From Octopus vulgaris (lineage: Eukaryota), in the NCBI GenBank assembly GCA_951406725.2, contig OX597821.1, positions 114,328,001 to 114,392,000 of the forward strand: a DNA stretch of 64,000 nt. The letters are read 5' to 3'. Each line of letters begins with the position of its first letter. The stretch's first letter is position 1. This document shows, in pieces, positions 25,422 through 39,226 of the stretch. The translations under genes and the position numbers were made by a program. Under the pieces are notes generated by a model. The model worked only from the letters and a program-made list of their open reading frames with translations, was not told the DNA's origin and ran no database searches.

Positions 25422-26236
25422 ATATATCTATCTGTCTGTCTATCTATCTATCTATCTATCTATCTCTTTCTCTTGCTCTCCTTCTGCACAGCTAAGGAAC
25501 TGTGACAAAATGTGACTAAGGAAATTTTTTCATATATCTTAGCTTACCTTTCTCTCTGTGTCTTATAATAAAACATAAGTATAATCAAGAAATTCTCAGA
25601 GTTCTCGCACTGATGATATTCAACTAGATCGAAATAGCTTCATATACGATTACTGAAGTTTTCATAACTGAACACGAATTTAAGGAATCCATAACTGAAA
25701 CGAGAGATGACATATCAGATTATATGCTGCACTCTATCTTATCTTAAACACTAACGAAATAAATTAAATACTACTTCTATCAAACGGATTATCTCCCTTG
25801 CAGTGGAACGACCAATGAAACGACATTTAGTCACCCAAACATTCATAAAAGCTAAAGATAGTATAACCTTAAAACATGAGGCTCGTCGCATCCGTTACAC
25901 TTGCTGCTTTGTTAATCCAGCAATAAATGCTTTTGAAAAAGAAAGAGAAGAAAAGTAGGAAGAGAGAAAGAGAGAAGGAGAGATACAGAGTGTCGGGGTT
26001 CCTGTTGTTGTTGTTGCCTTGTTGCTGCTGTTTTTGTTTTTGTTTTGTCCTAAATCGGTTTTGGTCCAGTGGTCCCACAACCAAAGATATTCCAGCCATG
26101 TCATCCGTCTTTTTGTAACTTGGGGACCACTACATAACTCTGTGTCCTCCTATTTCGAGACAAATGTTAGGATGGGATTTCGGCAAAATCTGGCTGTGGT
26201 TTCTAGCAGACCGAGGAACTGCATACAAGTTTGCAC

Positions 26237-26441
26237 GTTGTTGTTGCTGCTGCTGCTGCTGCTACTGTTGTTGTTGTTGTTGTTGTTGTTGTTGCTGCTG
26301 CTGCTGCTGTTGTTGTTGTCGTCGTCGTTGTTGCTGTTGTTGCTGCTGCTGCTGCTGTTGTTGTTGTCGTCGTCGTTGTTGCTGTTGTTGCTGCTGCTGT
26401 TGTTGTCGTCGTCGTCGTCGTCGTTGTTGTTGTTGTTGTTG
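26237..26441. repeat. Compound trinucleotide array (TTG/CTG/TCG)n with higher-order units
   Basis: Direct reading; explains the poly-L/C/V/N/T ORFs. Confidence 0.9.
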
Positions 26442-26959
26442 TTTCCACTTCGAACAAATGCTGGATCAAATGTATTCAAACCGTTGCAATACTGTCTTTT
26501 TCTTGTACACAAGGAACTTACGACTACATTAACCAACGCGTCCATTTTGAAAACGATAGAGTGTAGTTTGAACGAGATTTTGGTTTCTATTTCTAGCATG
26601 TCGAATGGTCGCACAGAAGCTCTCACATTGACTTGAAACACTCTCAAGACGAGAATGTGTTAGGGTGAGAAGTGATAGAAGCAATTTTGAAAAGAGTTTT
26701 TCTTCTTCTCAAGGTCACGATCGTTCAAAGTTGTAAGGAAATGGGCACAACAACAAAGATAAGCCAGACACAACAAATAAGAAATAATAACAAAGACAAA
26801 ACAAATAAAACACCATAAACAATATTGTTGAGACGATAATGGCAGAGTTTTGTTGACAAATAGTTTGAAGGGCGGAGAGGGGAGCCGAGCTACGTTGGAA
26901 GAATTCGTCTCGAAACAAAAGTGTGGCTTTAACGAGAAACTAGAAAAAATCAAATAAAT

Positions 26960-27001
<42 letters not shown>

Positions 27002-27914
27002 CAAAAGTTAACAGTCTACACAGTTTTTACCCCGGGTGGGTTGTTTATGACTGTCGTGAACAGAACGTGGCTGAATTCTGAGTACACTATCAAATTTTGA
27101 TATAATAAATGTGTGTGTGTGTACTTATGTATGTATGTATGTGTGTGTGTGTGTAATGTATGTATACATTTGTGTATGTATATATGTGTGTATGTATGAC
27201 TGTATGTGTATGTATGTATCTAATGTATGTGTGTGTGTATGTATGTATGTGTGTATGTATGTATGTGTGTATGTATGTATGTGTGTATTATATATATATA
27301 TATATATGCCAGTATGTATGTATATGCGTGTGTGTATGTATGTATGTGTGTGTGTAATGTATGTATGCATGTGTGTATGTATGACTGTATGTGTATGTAT
27401 GTATCTAATGTATGTATATAATGTATGTATATAATGTATGTATGCGTGTGTATGTATGGAGGCTTGTATGAATGTATATATGTATGTAGGTTTGTATGTA
27501 TGTATGTAGGTAGGTAGGTAGGTATGTAGGTAGGTAGGTGTGTGTATGTATGTATGTATGTATGTATGTATGTATGTATGTATGTATGTATGTAGGTTTG
27601 TTTGTATGTATGTATTATGTATGTGTGTGTTTATGTCCCTTTTGTATTTAATCACTTAAATTCTTCCTCTGAAGAAGGAGCTGGTGTCTAACAAAGGTAC
27701 TGAGCTCCATCATTGGAATTGTATATAACGAAAACAATGTCACATTATAAACCTGAGAAAAGTCTTGCATATTTTCACTGTTCCGCTTACAAATTGTATT
27801 TGTAATGTGCGAATCAGTTGGCTGATTTCTCTTTCTGAAAATCCAACTTTATCCACACTGTGTATGTATGTATGTATGTATGTATGTATGTATGTATGTA
27901 TGTATGTATGTATG

Positions 27915-27945
<31 letters not shown>

Positions 27946-27963
27946 TGTATGTATGTATGTATG

Positions 27964-27994
<31 letters not shown>

Positions 27995-28653
27995 TTATGT
28001 ATGTATGTATGTATGTATGTATGTATGTATGTATGTATGTATGTATGTGTATTATATCTATTTAACCCACAAAATGAGATGCTGACAGGTCGGAACAGAC
28101 TTGGGAGTAATAATAATTAAGGGGTGACTGCACGCTCCTTACAAATCCAGAACTCCAAAACTGGAGCCTCGCCACTGGATGCAGCTTAATGTCCTACCCA
28201 TGGGTAGAGGGGTATCTCGTTATTTTTGACAATACCTTTGGCAAAGTATTGTCTTCTACGAAAAAGATTCTCTGGCATGGGAATTGCGGTCAAAACAGTT
28301 ACCGGTCATCTTGCAGTACTTATAACTTAAATATTCTATTGCGACGGAGAGAGCGGCAAAAGTGTGGCACAAGCCACTTAAATCCAACGCCGTACAGATG
28401 TTTCCCTATCATTTCGTTTCTTGGTGTTTTGTATTCTATAAATTCCAACGGTGATGGATATCCGCGCACGCGCAAAGATGAAAGGAAATCAGAACAACCA
28501 AGGTGAATGAGAGACGGTGATCATGTGACAAGATGAGGCAGCCATCATGTGTGTGCGTGTGCGTATGGACATATGTATATACATGTCTATGTATCTATGT
28601 GTGCATATACACATCTGTGTGTGTGTGTATGTATGTATGTATGTACATACGTT

Positions 28654-28909
28654 CCTTCTCAAGGGCCGGTTTTGCGTATAGGTTCCCCACCTGGACGGGA
28701 CGCCGGTCCGTCGCAGGTGAGCTGTAAGAGGAAAGAGTGAGAGAAAGTTGTGGCGAAAGAGTCAGCAGAAGTTCGCCATTACCTTCTGCCGGAGCTGCGT
28801 AGAACTTAGGTGTTTCGCTCATAAACACACACATCGCCCGGTCTGAGATTCGAACCTGCGATCCCTCGACCGCGAGTCCGCTGCTCTAACCACTAGGCCA
28901 TGTGCCTCC
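28654..28909 (-). mobile_element. tRNA-derived SINE family C with intact Pol III A/B boxes
   Basis: Minus strand reads ggaggcacaTGGCCTAGTGGttagagcagcggactcgcggtcgagggatcgcaGGTTCGAATCtcagacc. Confidence 0.85.
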
Positions 28910-29265
28910 ATATATATATATGTATATATATATATATGTATGTGTGTGTGTGCATCTATGTATGTATGTGTGTGCATGCATGTATGTGTGTGTGCATGTA
29001 TGTATGTATGCGTGTGTGCATGTATGCATGCATGTGTCTGTATTGTGTGTATGAGTACATTTAGGTATGTAATATACATGTTTGCATTTATGTCAATATG
29101 TATGTGTTTACGCATGCGTATGCATGTATGTATGCACGTATGTGTTTGTGTGTGTCTGTGTTATGTATGTAATGCGTGCATATATATATATATATATATA
29201 TATGTGTATGTATGTGTGTGTATTTATTTTATATACATATATTTATTTATATGTGTATATTTATT

Positions 29266-29315
<50 letters not shown>

Positions 29316-29740
29316 TATACGTATATTTATATGTGTGTGTATGTATATATACATATGTAAATATGTATGTATATACACATGTGTGTGCATATATATATAT
29401 ATACATACATACATACATACATACATACATACATACATACATACATACATACATGTGTGTGTGTATGTTAGAATATGTACACACACCCGCGCGCTTAAAC
29501 AAATAAGGTAAATATTGCTTCTGCCTTCCAAGATTTTTAAGAGCCTTCCGTTGCCAAGGAAACGGAAATCGTTCAAACACGTCATCACATCCATGTTTAC
29601 AAAATAACTCAAAATAAAACATCGGTAATCATCTTTTCCGATCAAGAACTTCTTTACTTTTTCACATTCTCTCTCTACCCACCCACCCCCTCTTCTCTTT
29701 CTGCCTCTTTCCTCCATTGTCACTTACTCCCCCTCTCTGC

Positions 29741-29795
<55 letters not shown>

Positions 29796-29917
29796 ATATC
29801 ATTCTGTAGATGTTTTACATGAGGGTGTTTTACGTCAAGTGATACATAAAACCAATTTAATATGAACCTGAAGGACTACGCAGTAATTCTTGATAGTTTA
29901 TGTATTTATTATACATA

Positions 29918-30671
29918 TCTCTCTCTATATATAAAGCTGAAGTTGTCTGTGTATGGCATGTTTGGTAGCCTTCAACTAACACTATCTCCTCCGAGACCCT
30001 GCAGTGTAAGTTGACCAAAATTGAGAGTATGATAGAAGAAGGCTTGCTCTTCCTTCCCTAGAAGAAAAATTTCAAATCAGACCATGTTAACACCAAATAT
30101 TATTTACATCAAAAGGTGCTTTTTATCTATGAAAATCCCTATTTTTTATGATTTTTTTGACTGCTGTGTCGCCATTTTTCGGTGTATTTCAACCAGAAAA
30201 ATGTTCACTTAAAGAGAATAACAAGCTGCACAATGCAAAATTTTTAATTTTCAAAAATTCCAATATATATATAAAGATATTATACATATCTCTCTATATA
30301 TATAACTGAAGTTGTTTGTGTATGGTAGGTTTGGTAGCCTTCAACTAACACTATCTCTTCCGAGACCCTGCGGCGCATGTTGACCAAAATTGAGAGTATG
30401 ATAGAAGAAGGCTTGCTCTTCCTTCTAATTCAAATTAGACCATGTTAACACCAAATATTGTTTACATCAAAAGGTGCTTTTTTTTCTATGAAAATCCCTA
30501 TATTTTTTACGATTTTTTTACTTCTGTGTCGCCATTTTTCGGTGTATTTCAACCAGAAAAATGTTCACTTAAAGAGAATAACAAGCTACATAATGCAAAA
30601 TTTTTACTTCTCAAAAATTCAAATTCTAAAGGGCCGAAACAAACCCGAGCAACGCCGGGCGATACTGCTAG
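29918..30671 (+). mobile_element. Non-autonomous Helitron, tandemly duplicated (copy 1 29918-~30262 lacks the 3' end; copy 2 30289-30671 is complete)
   Basis: 5' A|TCtctctatatataaagctgaag. 3' GC hairpin cccgagc-aac-gccggg (30644-30659) 8 nt before CTAG(30668-30671)|T. No TSD. Confidence 0.8.
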
Positions 30672-31096
30672 TATTTATTAAAGACAGGTTGAGAGTGACT
30701 TCGAGGTTTCGGCATGTGTTTGTTTTAGTCTAATGGCGACGAACGAACCGAAATTTCTAAGTAACTGTCAACCTCTTCTCTATAAAACCTTCATAAATAA
30801 TATATACACAACTGTATTGTATATGTGTATGTGTATGCATGTATGTATATATGTAAATATATATATATATATATATATATTTGTGTGTATATATATATGT
30901 AAGTATATATTATATTAAATTAGAGATAAAACCACTATTAGGCAAATCAAACAGTGAAAATCATAAGCCAATACATAGAAATAAAATTAATTAAAAAATA
31001 TAAAATATAAAAAATATAAAATTCCAAATTAAAATATTTAAATTAAAGTTAGAATTTAAAAAATTATTCAAATAATTTAAACTTATAAATTTTAAA

Positions 31097-31139
<43 letters not shown>

Positions 31140-31290
31140 TATTATTTTTTTTTTTTTTAATATTATATTACTATCAAAAAATATTAAAAGCTTAATATAT
31201 ATGCATATGTGCATGTGTTTGTGCACGTATGTATATAGGTATGTAGGTATACATAAATATATACATACATATACATACATACATACATAC

Positions 31291-31494
<204 letters not shown>

Positions 31495-31560
31495 GATAAA
31501 TTTCCTCGATTTACATAATATTGAGGTCTCTTTCCTTCTTTTGTTATCTTACCGTTTTTA

Positions 31561-31601
<41 letters not shown>

Positions 31602-31856
31602 GTAGAGAATATAATTCCAAAACTTACAGGGAAAAATTCAATTTAACAATTTTAAATCAAATTTCTCACGAAAATCCTTCGACAAGATAAGTTTATATTT
31701 TTATTTTAAGACACATTGTTAAATACTTTTCGATTATTTATAGTTAATACACGCCATTTATTATATATTTATTTAATAATTAGTATAAGTTAAGATAAGT
31801 ACATTTATTCTAGTATTATTATTTTTTATTTTTTATTATTTATTATTTATTATCTT

Positions 31857-31980
31857 AGACCTGATAAATGACTACATTTTTAAATAGAATTAATTTTAGT
31901 TCGATTTAAATTTTTAATGAAATTGATTTTATTATTATTATTATCAATTTGAAAATATAGCCATGAAACGTGCGTAGTCT
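31857..31980 (+). ncRNA. Hammerhead motif with long stem II insert (core G8A mutated)
   Basis: agac-CTGATAA-atgactacatttt..(about 70 nt)..aaaatatagccat-GAAA-cgtgcg-TA-gtct. Confidence 0.6.
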
Positions 31981-32128
31981 TTTTACTAGTTTACTAACTA
32001 TTGAACTTTATTGATTTTTAGAAGGTTTTTTTATAGTATATGTTTTCTATATGGCGCGAATAACATCTTTATTGAATTGTTTAATAGCGGTTTTTCTCTA
32101 AATTATATACATACATACATACATACAC

Positions 32129-32205
<77 letters not shown>

Positions 32206-32230
32206 CACACACACACACACACACACACGC

Positions 32231-32282
<52 letters not shown>

Positions 32283-32316
32283 GATGAAAGACGGAAGAAT
32301 ATGCGAGAATTTATTC

Positions 32317-32427
32317 TTAATCACGACAATTGCTTCGACACATCTAGCATCGATTCCTCATGGGTGGGATACAAAACAACTGGTTCAGGAGCACCCGACG
32401 GTGCAGATGTATCTCGTCGGGTGTTAA
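32317..32427 (-). ncRNA. Degenerate hammerhead motif with extended stem II
   Basis: Minus strand reads ttaacac-CCGACGA-gatacatct...agatgtgtc-GAAG-caattg-TC-gtgattaa: 9-bp stem II and palindromic stem III. (TA)n lies 40 nt downstream. Confidence 0.6.
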
Positions 32428-32772
32428 ATAAATACAACTCGTTAATATGACTTTTTCGCAATATAACTTTCCGCTTTGTAGAAAGAAAAGCAGCCAGACG
32501 GAGGAAATGTCTTCATTTATATAGGATATCAAAAATAAAATCACAGATAACAAAAAGATAAACGAACACGCAATCCAGCAAGAAAGGTACATACATACAT
32601 ACAAACATACATACATACATACATACATACATACATACATACATACATACATACATACATACATACATACATACATACACACACGCACAGATATACATGC
32701 ATACAAACATACAGACAGACAGACGCATACATACATATATACGTACGTACGTATATACATACATACATACAT

Positions 32773-32823
<51 letters not shown>

Positions 32824-33424
32824 TGTATACATACATATATACGTACGTACGTATATACATACATACATCCATACATACATACATACATACATATAGACAG
32901 ACAGACATGCATACATACATATATACGTACGTACGTATATACATACATACATACAGAGAGACAGACAGACAGACAGATAGACAGACAGACATCCATACAT
33001 ACATACATACATGCATACATACATACATGCATACATACATACATACATACATACATACATACATACATACATACATACATACATACAGCCGTTTCCATAG
33101 CCAGTTAATTCAATTAGAGAAAATCCGTTTAACGGTTTTAATTTGTGACAAATCTTACGGCCGTTTCTGTATCCGTTGTCTGTAAATCTTTAACCGATAG
33201 TACATAACGGTTTTAACTTGTGACCTCGGTTCAGATTGTAACTGACCAATCGTAGAGACTGTTGGACTTAGACTTGCCCCATTATGGACAATAGGTGTGA
33301 TTCTCGGTAATATTTCTGTGAGTAAACTTTCTTAAGCACCCTACGGTAATATTTTGGATGCATTTACTTGAGTTTACTTCGGTAGCATAGGTACTGCTCT
33401 TTGATTATTATATTACTAAGTTTT

Positions 33425-33479
<55 letters not shown>

Positions 33480-33716
33480 ATAACTTCTTTCCTTAAATTT
33501 TAAAGCATGTCCCCACCCCTAAATTGAAACTACTCGTAAATAAATCGTAGTATTCCCTAGACCATTACTAACTTGCTCTTTTACCTACGGACCTCATAGC
33601 CCCAAGAATGGTAAATTATATGCTTTTAATATTTTGGGCTTCTCCACTTCTTTTCTAGGCCATATTTTCTTTCCTATTCCTTCTTCCTTTTGTTTATATT
33701 GGGTGTTCTTGTTTTT

Positions 33717-33830
33717 TACTCTGATGAAGCTCCGTGCCTTAATCCGAATGTCCTATGAAGATGAAGAATTTTATTTTCGAAATTATTTATAGACAGCGCT
33801 GTACAACGGATGCGGAAACGGCCGTAAGAT
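33717..33830 (+). ncRNA. Hammerhead motif with long stem II insert
   Basis: tact-CTGATGA-agctccgt..(about 65 nt)..acggatgcg-GAAA-cggccg-TA-agat. A partial inverted copy lies at 33145-33187. Confidence 0.65.
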
Positions 33831-34395
33831 TTATTACGTCACCTATTTGTTATGTCATGCTTTGAATATTAAAAAATAAGCTATAAATGTGGTCCAATCG
33901 ATGTGTTTGTTAATCTGAAGTTTTACCCATTTTCTGATTATTTGTATTTCCTGATAAACTCTTGTTTATCCTGTTGTTAACTGCACTCTACGTGCAGAGT
34001 GTGCCTACATACCAATGCCCGGGGATAACACGGGTAACCGATACAATAGTATATACGGATATTTTATCCCTTAGTCAGTTATTATAACTGATAACTCTGT
34101 TTATATTATATATATATATATATATACATACATGTATGTATATATATATATATATATATATACATGGATGTATGTATTGTCTTTTACTTGTTCCACTCAT
34201 TGAGCCGCAGCCATGTTGGGGCACCATCTTAAAGAGTTTTGACTCTAGTACTTATGTTTATTTTTTTGCCAAACCCGCTAAATTACGAGGATGTAAACAA
34301 ACCGACAACGGTTATCAAGCGGTGGGATAGAGAAGAAACATAGACATAATATGTATATGTAAATGCGATGGTATTCCATACAGTTTCCGTCTACC

Positions 34396-34454
<59 letters not shown>

Positions 34455-34457
<3 letters not shown>

Positions 34458-34628
34458 GGGAGAGTTTACGAAAAAACAGAAGACGAAGACAAGTGGTGTA
34501 GAAAACAAATAGATGTATTAGTATAACACTCAGGAATAGAAAAAGTCTTTTACTTTTCGAGCCTACGCTCTTCTACAGAAAGGGACACAGAAAAAACGAG
34601 AGAAAAAATGTGTGTAGTGGCTAACGAT
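34455..34628 (-). mobile_element. Penelope-like pLTR stub with hammerhead-like motif (34545-34586)
   Basis: Homologous to 17336-17665 and 21192-21290. Minus strand reads gtcccttt-CTGTAGAA-gagc(gtag)gctc-GAAA-ag-TA-aaagac. (TA)n on both sides. Confidence 0.7.
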
Positions 34629-35685
34629 CTATATATATATATATTTATATGCAGAGAGAGAGAGAGGGGAGAGAGAAAGGAAAAGCAGGAAGTTGGCGTA
34701 GTTGAATAAATATATATGTATTGAATTGAATAATATATAAACGCATAAATAGGCGTCAACACGCGCGCTCGCACACACACACACACACACAAACCCACGC
34801 GCGCACACACATACGCATGCACACACACACTTCAGTTACATTTGTGCTCTTTTAGTTCTAATAACGGAATAGTCTCACAATTTTGTTGTTGACTTTTTTG
34901 TTTTCTTTAGTTTGTTTCTGGATGCCATTTTATTCCAGATTTCGAAGAAAACAGACGATCAATTGATAGATGCCAACACAAGATAGGCCCGGCTATAATT
35001 TCCACTAATGGCTGACAAATGCTATGATATAACGTTACACCTGTAACAGGGCGTGTTTCTCCATCTTAGACATGCCCGAAACATATGAAAAATACGTAAT
35101 TATCAAATGAATGTAACACATACCTTCACACACATACACACACCTATGCAAAGAATCACGAAATGTTTGTTGAGGGCGTATCGATTTCATTATGGAGATC
35201 GATTTAAAAGATATTAGCTTTAGGGAAGAGAAATGGGAAATAAAGAAAAAACGGTCATGCGACACTGCTGTTATTGTTGTTGTAGTTGTTGTTATTGGTG
35301 GGGTGGTTGCGATGATGATGGTGCTGGTGTCCCTGTTAACACTTAAAGAATCATTATATTCTGTAGTAAAATTTTACTCGGCGGAATTTGGTTATGATGA
35401 TTTTAATGGTCATTTTAGTGCTGGTAGCTCTGCGTAAATTCTAACTGGAAGCTAAATAGAGATTAATACCTTATTATAGCCCCTTAACTATTTGTAGGGA
35501 TGCCGTCGTGAAGTAAGGCGTGTTTTGAAGATTTCAGATCTAACGGAGTGCATCCCTCTCCAGGTCTGTCCACAGTCGATTTATTCCGAAACAGAAAGAG
35601 AGGGTGGCGAGACAGATATACTGACTGACTGAAAGAAAAGAACAGAAAGGTAAGAACCGATCCAGGTACAGGACCGGTACTGTAT

Positions 35686-35915
35686 GCGGCGAGCTGGCAG
35701 AAACGTTAGCACACCGGACGAAACGCGTAGCCGTATTTCGTCTGCCGTTACGTTCTCAGTTCAAATTCCGCCGAGGTCGACTTTGCCTTTCATCTTTTCG
35801 GGGTCGATAAATTAAGTACCAGTTACGTACTGGGGTCGATATAATCGACTTAATCCGTGTGCCTGTCCTTGTTTGTCCTCTCTGTGTTTAACCCCTTGTG
35901 GGTAGTAAAGAAATA
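35686..35915 (+). mobile_element. SINE B nested in an older opposite-strand SINE B, 10-bp TSD
   Basis: ggtactgtat at 35676-35685 and 35916-35925. The host copy continues to about 36045. Confidence 0.85.
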
Positions 35916-36197
35916 GGTACTGTATTTATCGAGTCCGAAAGGCAAATTTGACCTCAGCAGGATTTGAACTCGGAACGTAATGAGTCGAAAGCATTAGAGC
36001 AAAACAATTAATCCAACGCTTTATCGACTCTGGCAAGTGGCCGCCTAAATTGCTTCCTCCATCTCATGTAATGCAGTACAGCCTAGCTCAAACATTTTCT
36101 GCTTGTGGACCCTCTTCGGTTCCTCTTTTACTTGGATACACCTTCCTAGCCATTCGATGTTTCAAACAATTCTATTATATTTTTATAGTTAAATATT

Positions 36198-36426
36198 TAT
36201 TTCTTCATTGCCCACGGGGGGGGGGCTAAACATAGAAGGGACAAACGAGGGCAGATAAACGGATTAAGTCGATTACATCGACCCCAGTGCGTAACTGGTA
36301 ATTATTTAATCGACCCCAAAAAGGATGAAAGGCAAAGTCAACCTCGGCGGAATTTGAACTCAGCGGCTGACGAAATACCGCTAAGCATTTCGCCCAACGT
36401 GCTAACGATTCTGCCAGCTCACCGCC
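36198..36426 (-). mobile_element. SINE B with 23-bp TSD (1 mismatch)
   Basis: ttatatttttata(g/a)ttaaatatt at 36175-36197 and 36427-36449. Confidence 0.85.
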
Positions 36427-37109
36427 TTATATTTTTATAATTAAATATTATTAATCTTCTGTGGATCCCTAAGGGCCATGTGGACTATTTATTTTATTTC
36501 TGATTAGTTAAACAGCTAATTAATATTGCCCCGAATAAAACGACACAACTCTAGAGTTACATGTTTTCGCCAAGGACACAGCAGATGAGTGAGGAACGCG
36601 AAGTGGAAAACAAAAATTTTAATCTAACCCTACTGTGACTCGACCGGAATAGATTTATCAAGGCCTACAGAGGTGTTGTTTCTTGTTTGTTTCTTCAAGA
36701 CGCCCATATATAGAGCGACATTGTACATAACAACTTTGTCGCCTTGGCAACGAAAGACATCTCCAAAAGAGACATGCTTTTCCTATTAGCATCAGCGATG
36801 GCCATGTAAAACACAGGGTACATTGGTTAGCTAGACATCCGTCCGCTTATGACTAACACCTGTTTCTAATGAAATTCTGTGGGGTGGGTCACGGTGAAGA
36901 AGCAATACGGGCAACTATATAAAAACATCTTAATCATATTAAAACAATAATTCTGTGTGTTCGACTGAAAAATATTTACGAGTTAGTTTTTGCAATGGTT
37001 CTGTTAATTATATTTGCGCCTCGACGTATGCATGTGTCTATATATGCAAGTGCGTTTATAATATGCACATATTTAGATGTATGTGTGTTTTGTGTGCATG
37101 TATGTGGAT

Positions 37110-37116
37110 ATACATA

Positions 37117-37163
<47 letters not shown>

Positions 37164-37257
37164 GTATACATATAGATAAATATATATATATAAACGTGTA
37201 TTTTTATATGTATATATAAGTACATGTATATATGCATGTATGCATGTATAAATATGT

Positions 37258-37317
<60 letters not shown>

Positions 37318-37345
37318 TCATACATACATACATTCATATAGACAT

Positions 37346-37391
<46 letters not shown>

Positions 37392-37502
37392 GTATACATA
37401 TAGATAAATATATATATATATATATAAACGTGTATTTTTATATGTATATATAAGTACATGTATATATGCATGTATGCATGTATAAGTATGTGAATATATA
37501 TG

Positions 37503-37540
<38 letters not shown>

Positions 37541-37610
37541 CATACATATATATATAGACTCATACATACATTCATATAGACATACAAATATATATATATA
37601 TATATATAAA
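37110..37610. repeat. Higher-order (about 230-bp unit) duplication of a TA-rich compound microsatellite
   Basis: The landmarks catatgtatacatatagataaa, aaacgtgtatttttatatg and cattcatatagacatacaaa each occur twice about 230-240 bp apart. Confidence 0.8.
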
Positions 37611-38150
37611 ATATGCATGTATACAAACATTCATCTATACGTATCTATGCTTTTGTATACATGCAGAAATGTATACATATATAAATGTATATATACATAT
37701 ATTAACATATATAAACATATAAATAGACATGTATATACATAAATATATCCGTGCACACACTCACAAATGCACATAAACACATATTTCTGTTCTTGCACGA
37801 ATATACACGTACGTCAGATGACAAGAGTGGAGTGGCAGCTGGGTATATATATATATATATATATATATATAAGTATATGATGTGTATAGTTATGTATATA
37901 CATGCCAGAGAAAGTGATTAAGTACTGATGTATGTGAATGGAGTATAACATTAGATAAAGAGGGTGAGGTAGAAGAAATTTTGGTGGGGGGGAATGCCAG
38001 AGCTGTGGCCCGGATATTAAAACATGACTATGTAACATCGTTATGAGTCAGTATATTCTAAAGAAGGTACTCTTTGTATAAAAACGATCGCATATGCCAT
38101 TGCGAAATGTGAAGTGTACGTGCGTAAGCATGCGTGCCGCCATGTACAAG

Positions 38151-38247
<97 letters not shown>

Positions 38248-38275
38248 ATACAATATATATATATATATGTATATA

Positions 38276-38490
38276 CAATAATCCTTCACCATATCGCGGT
38301 TCACTTATCGCGGTTTGTTATTTAAGCTTACGTCGATTCCTCTGTGGTTGTGTTTTGCATTTATAATAAAATAAATATTTACAAATTATAATAATAAAAT
38401 TATAATAATAACAAAAAGAATATACAGTACAGTTTCTACTTCGCGGAGTTTCCCCTATCGCGCTGAGGTTTTGGAACGTAACGCCCGCGA
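38276..38490. mobile_element. pogo/Tigger-like MITE, related to 21855-22059 (opposite orientation), right end truncated
   Basis: TA|caataatccttcaccatatcgcggttcac... ttttggaacgtaacgcccgcga. Confidence 0.6.
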
Positions 38491-39172
38491 GAGAGAGAGA
38501 AACAGACAGAGACAGAGATAGAAACAGACAGACAGACAGGGACAGAGAGAGAAAGAGAGAGACATAGACAGAGAGCTCGGTTTGCGTCGTTTCGTGTAAC
38601 GTCGTTTTCGACTAACCGTCGCTTTTCTTTTGTTTTGTTTTGTTTTTTTTTGTTCTTAAGAAATTAATTAAAAAAATAATAAACGTCAGATTCAATTTTT
38701 ATTCAATTTTACGTCGAAATACAGCGAATATATTTAAAAGTGTAAGAAATTTTTGAGAAAATACTGAAGTTGGAAATAAAATATAATACACAAGAAAATA
38801 TCCTTTTCTCCTCTAAGCATAAGGCCCGAAATTTTGGGAGAGGGAATCAGTTGATTAGATCGACCCCAGTAGGCAACTGGTACTTAATTTATCGACACCG
38901 AAATAATGAAAGGTAAAGTCGACCTCGGCGGAATTTGAACTCAGAACATAAAGACAGACGAAATACCCGTGAGAAACTATCTTCAAAGCATTTATTAAAA
39001 CTGGTATAAGATAAGAAATGTTTTAAAAAGTATTTTTCGTTTTTATTTTTTTGTTGTTTAGTTAAGTCACATGTCTTGGATTCAAATATCAAATACCGAC
39101 GTAAGTCGAGATATGCCTGGCAACAGGCGTGGATATCATCCATAAATCTTCGCTCGTAAAGCTAAACCAAGA

Positions 39173-39225
<53 letters not shown>

Positions 39226-39226
<1 letters not shown>

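Noticed and set aside
26019-26647. 205-aa and 165-aa ORFs over the trinucleotide array
   Set aside because: The frames are open because of the repeat, and the flanking peptides show no recognisable domain or splice structure.
28835-28909. Genuine tRNA gene (also 13825-13895 and 56836-56893)
   Set aside because: A/B boxes are present but there is no closed acceptor stem, and the first two continue into a repeated SINE body.
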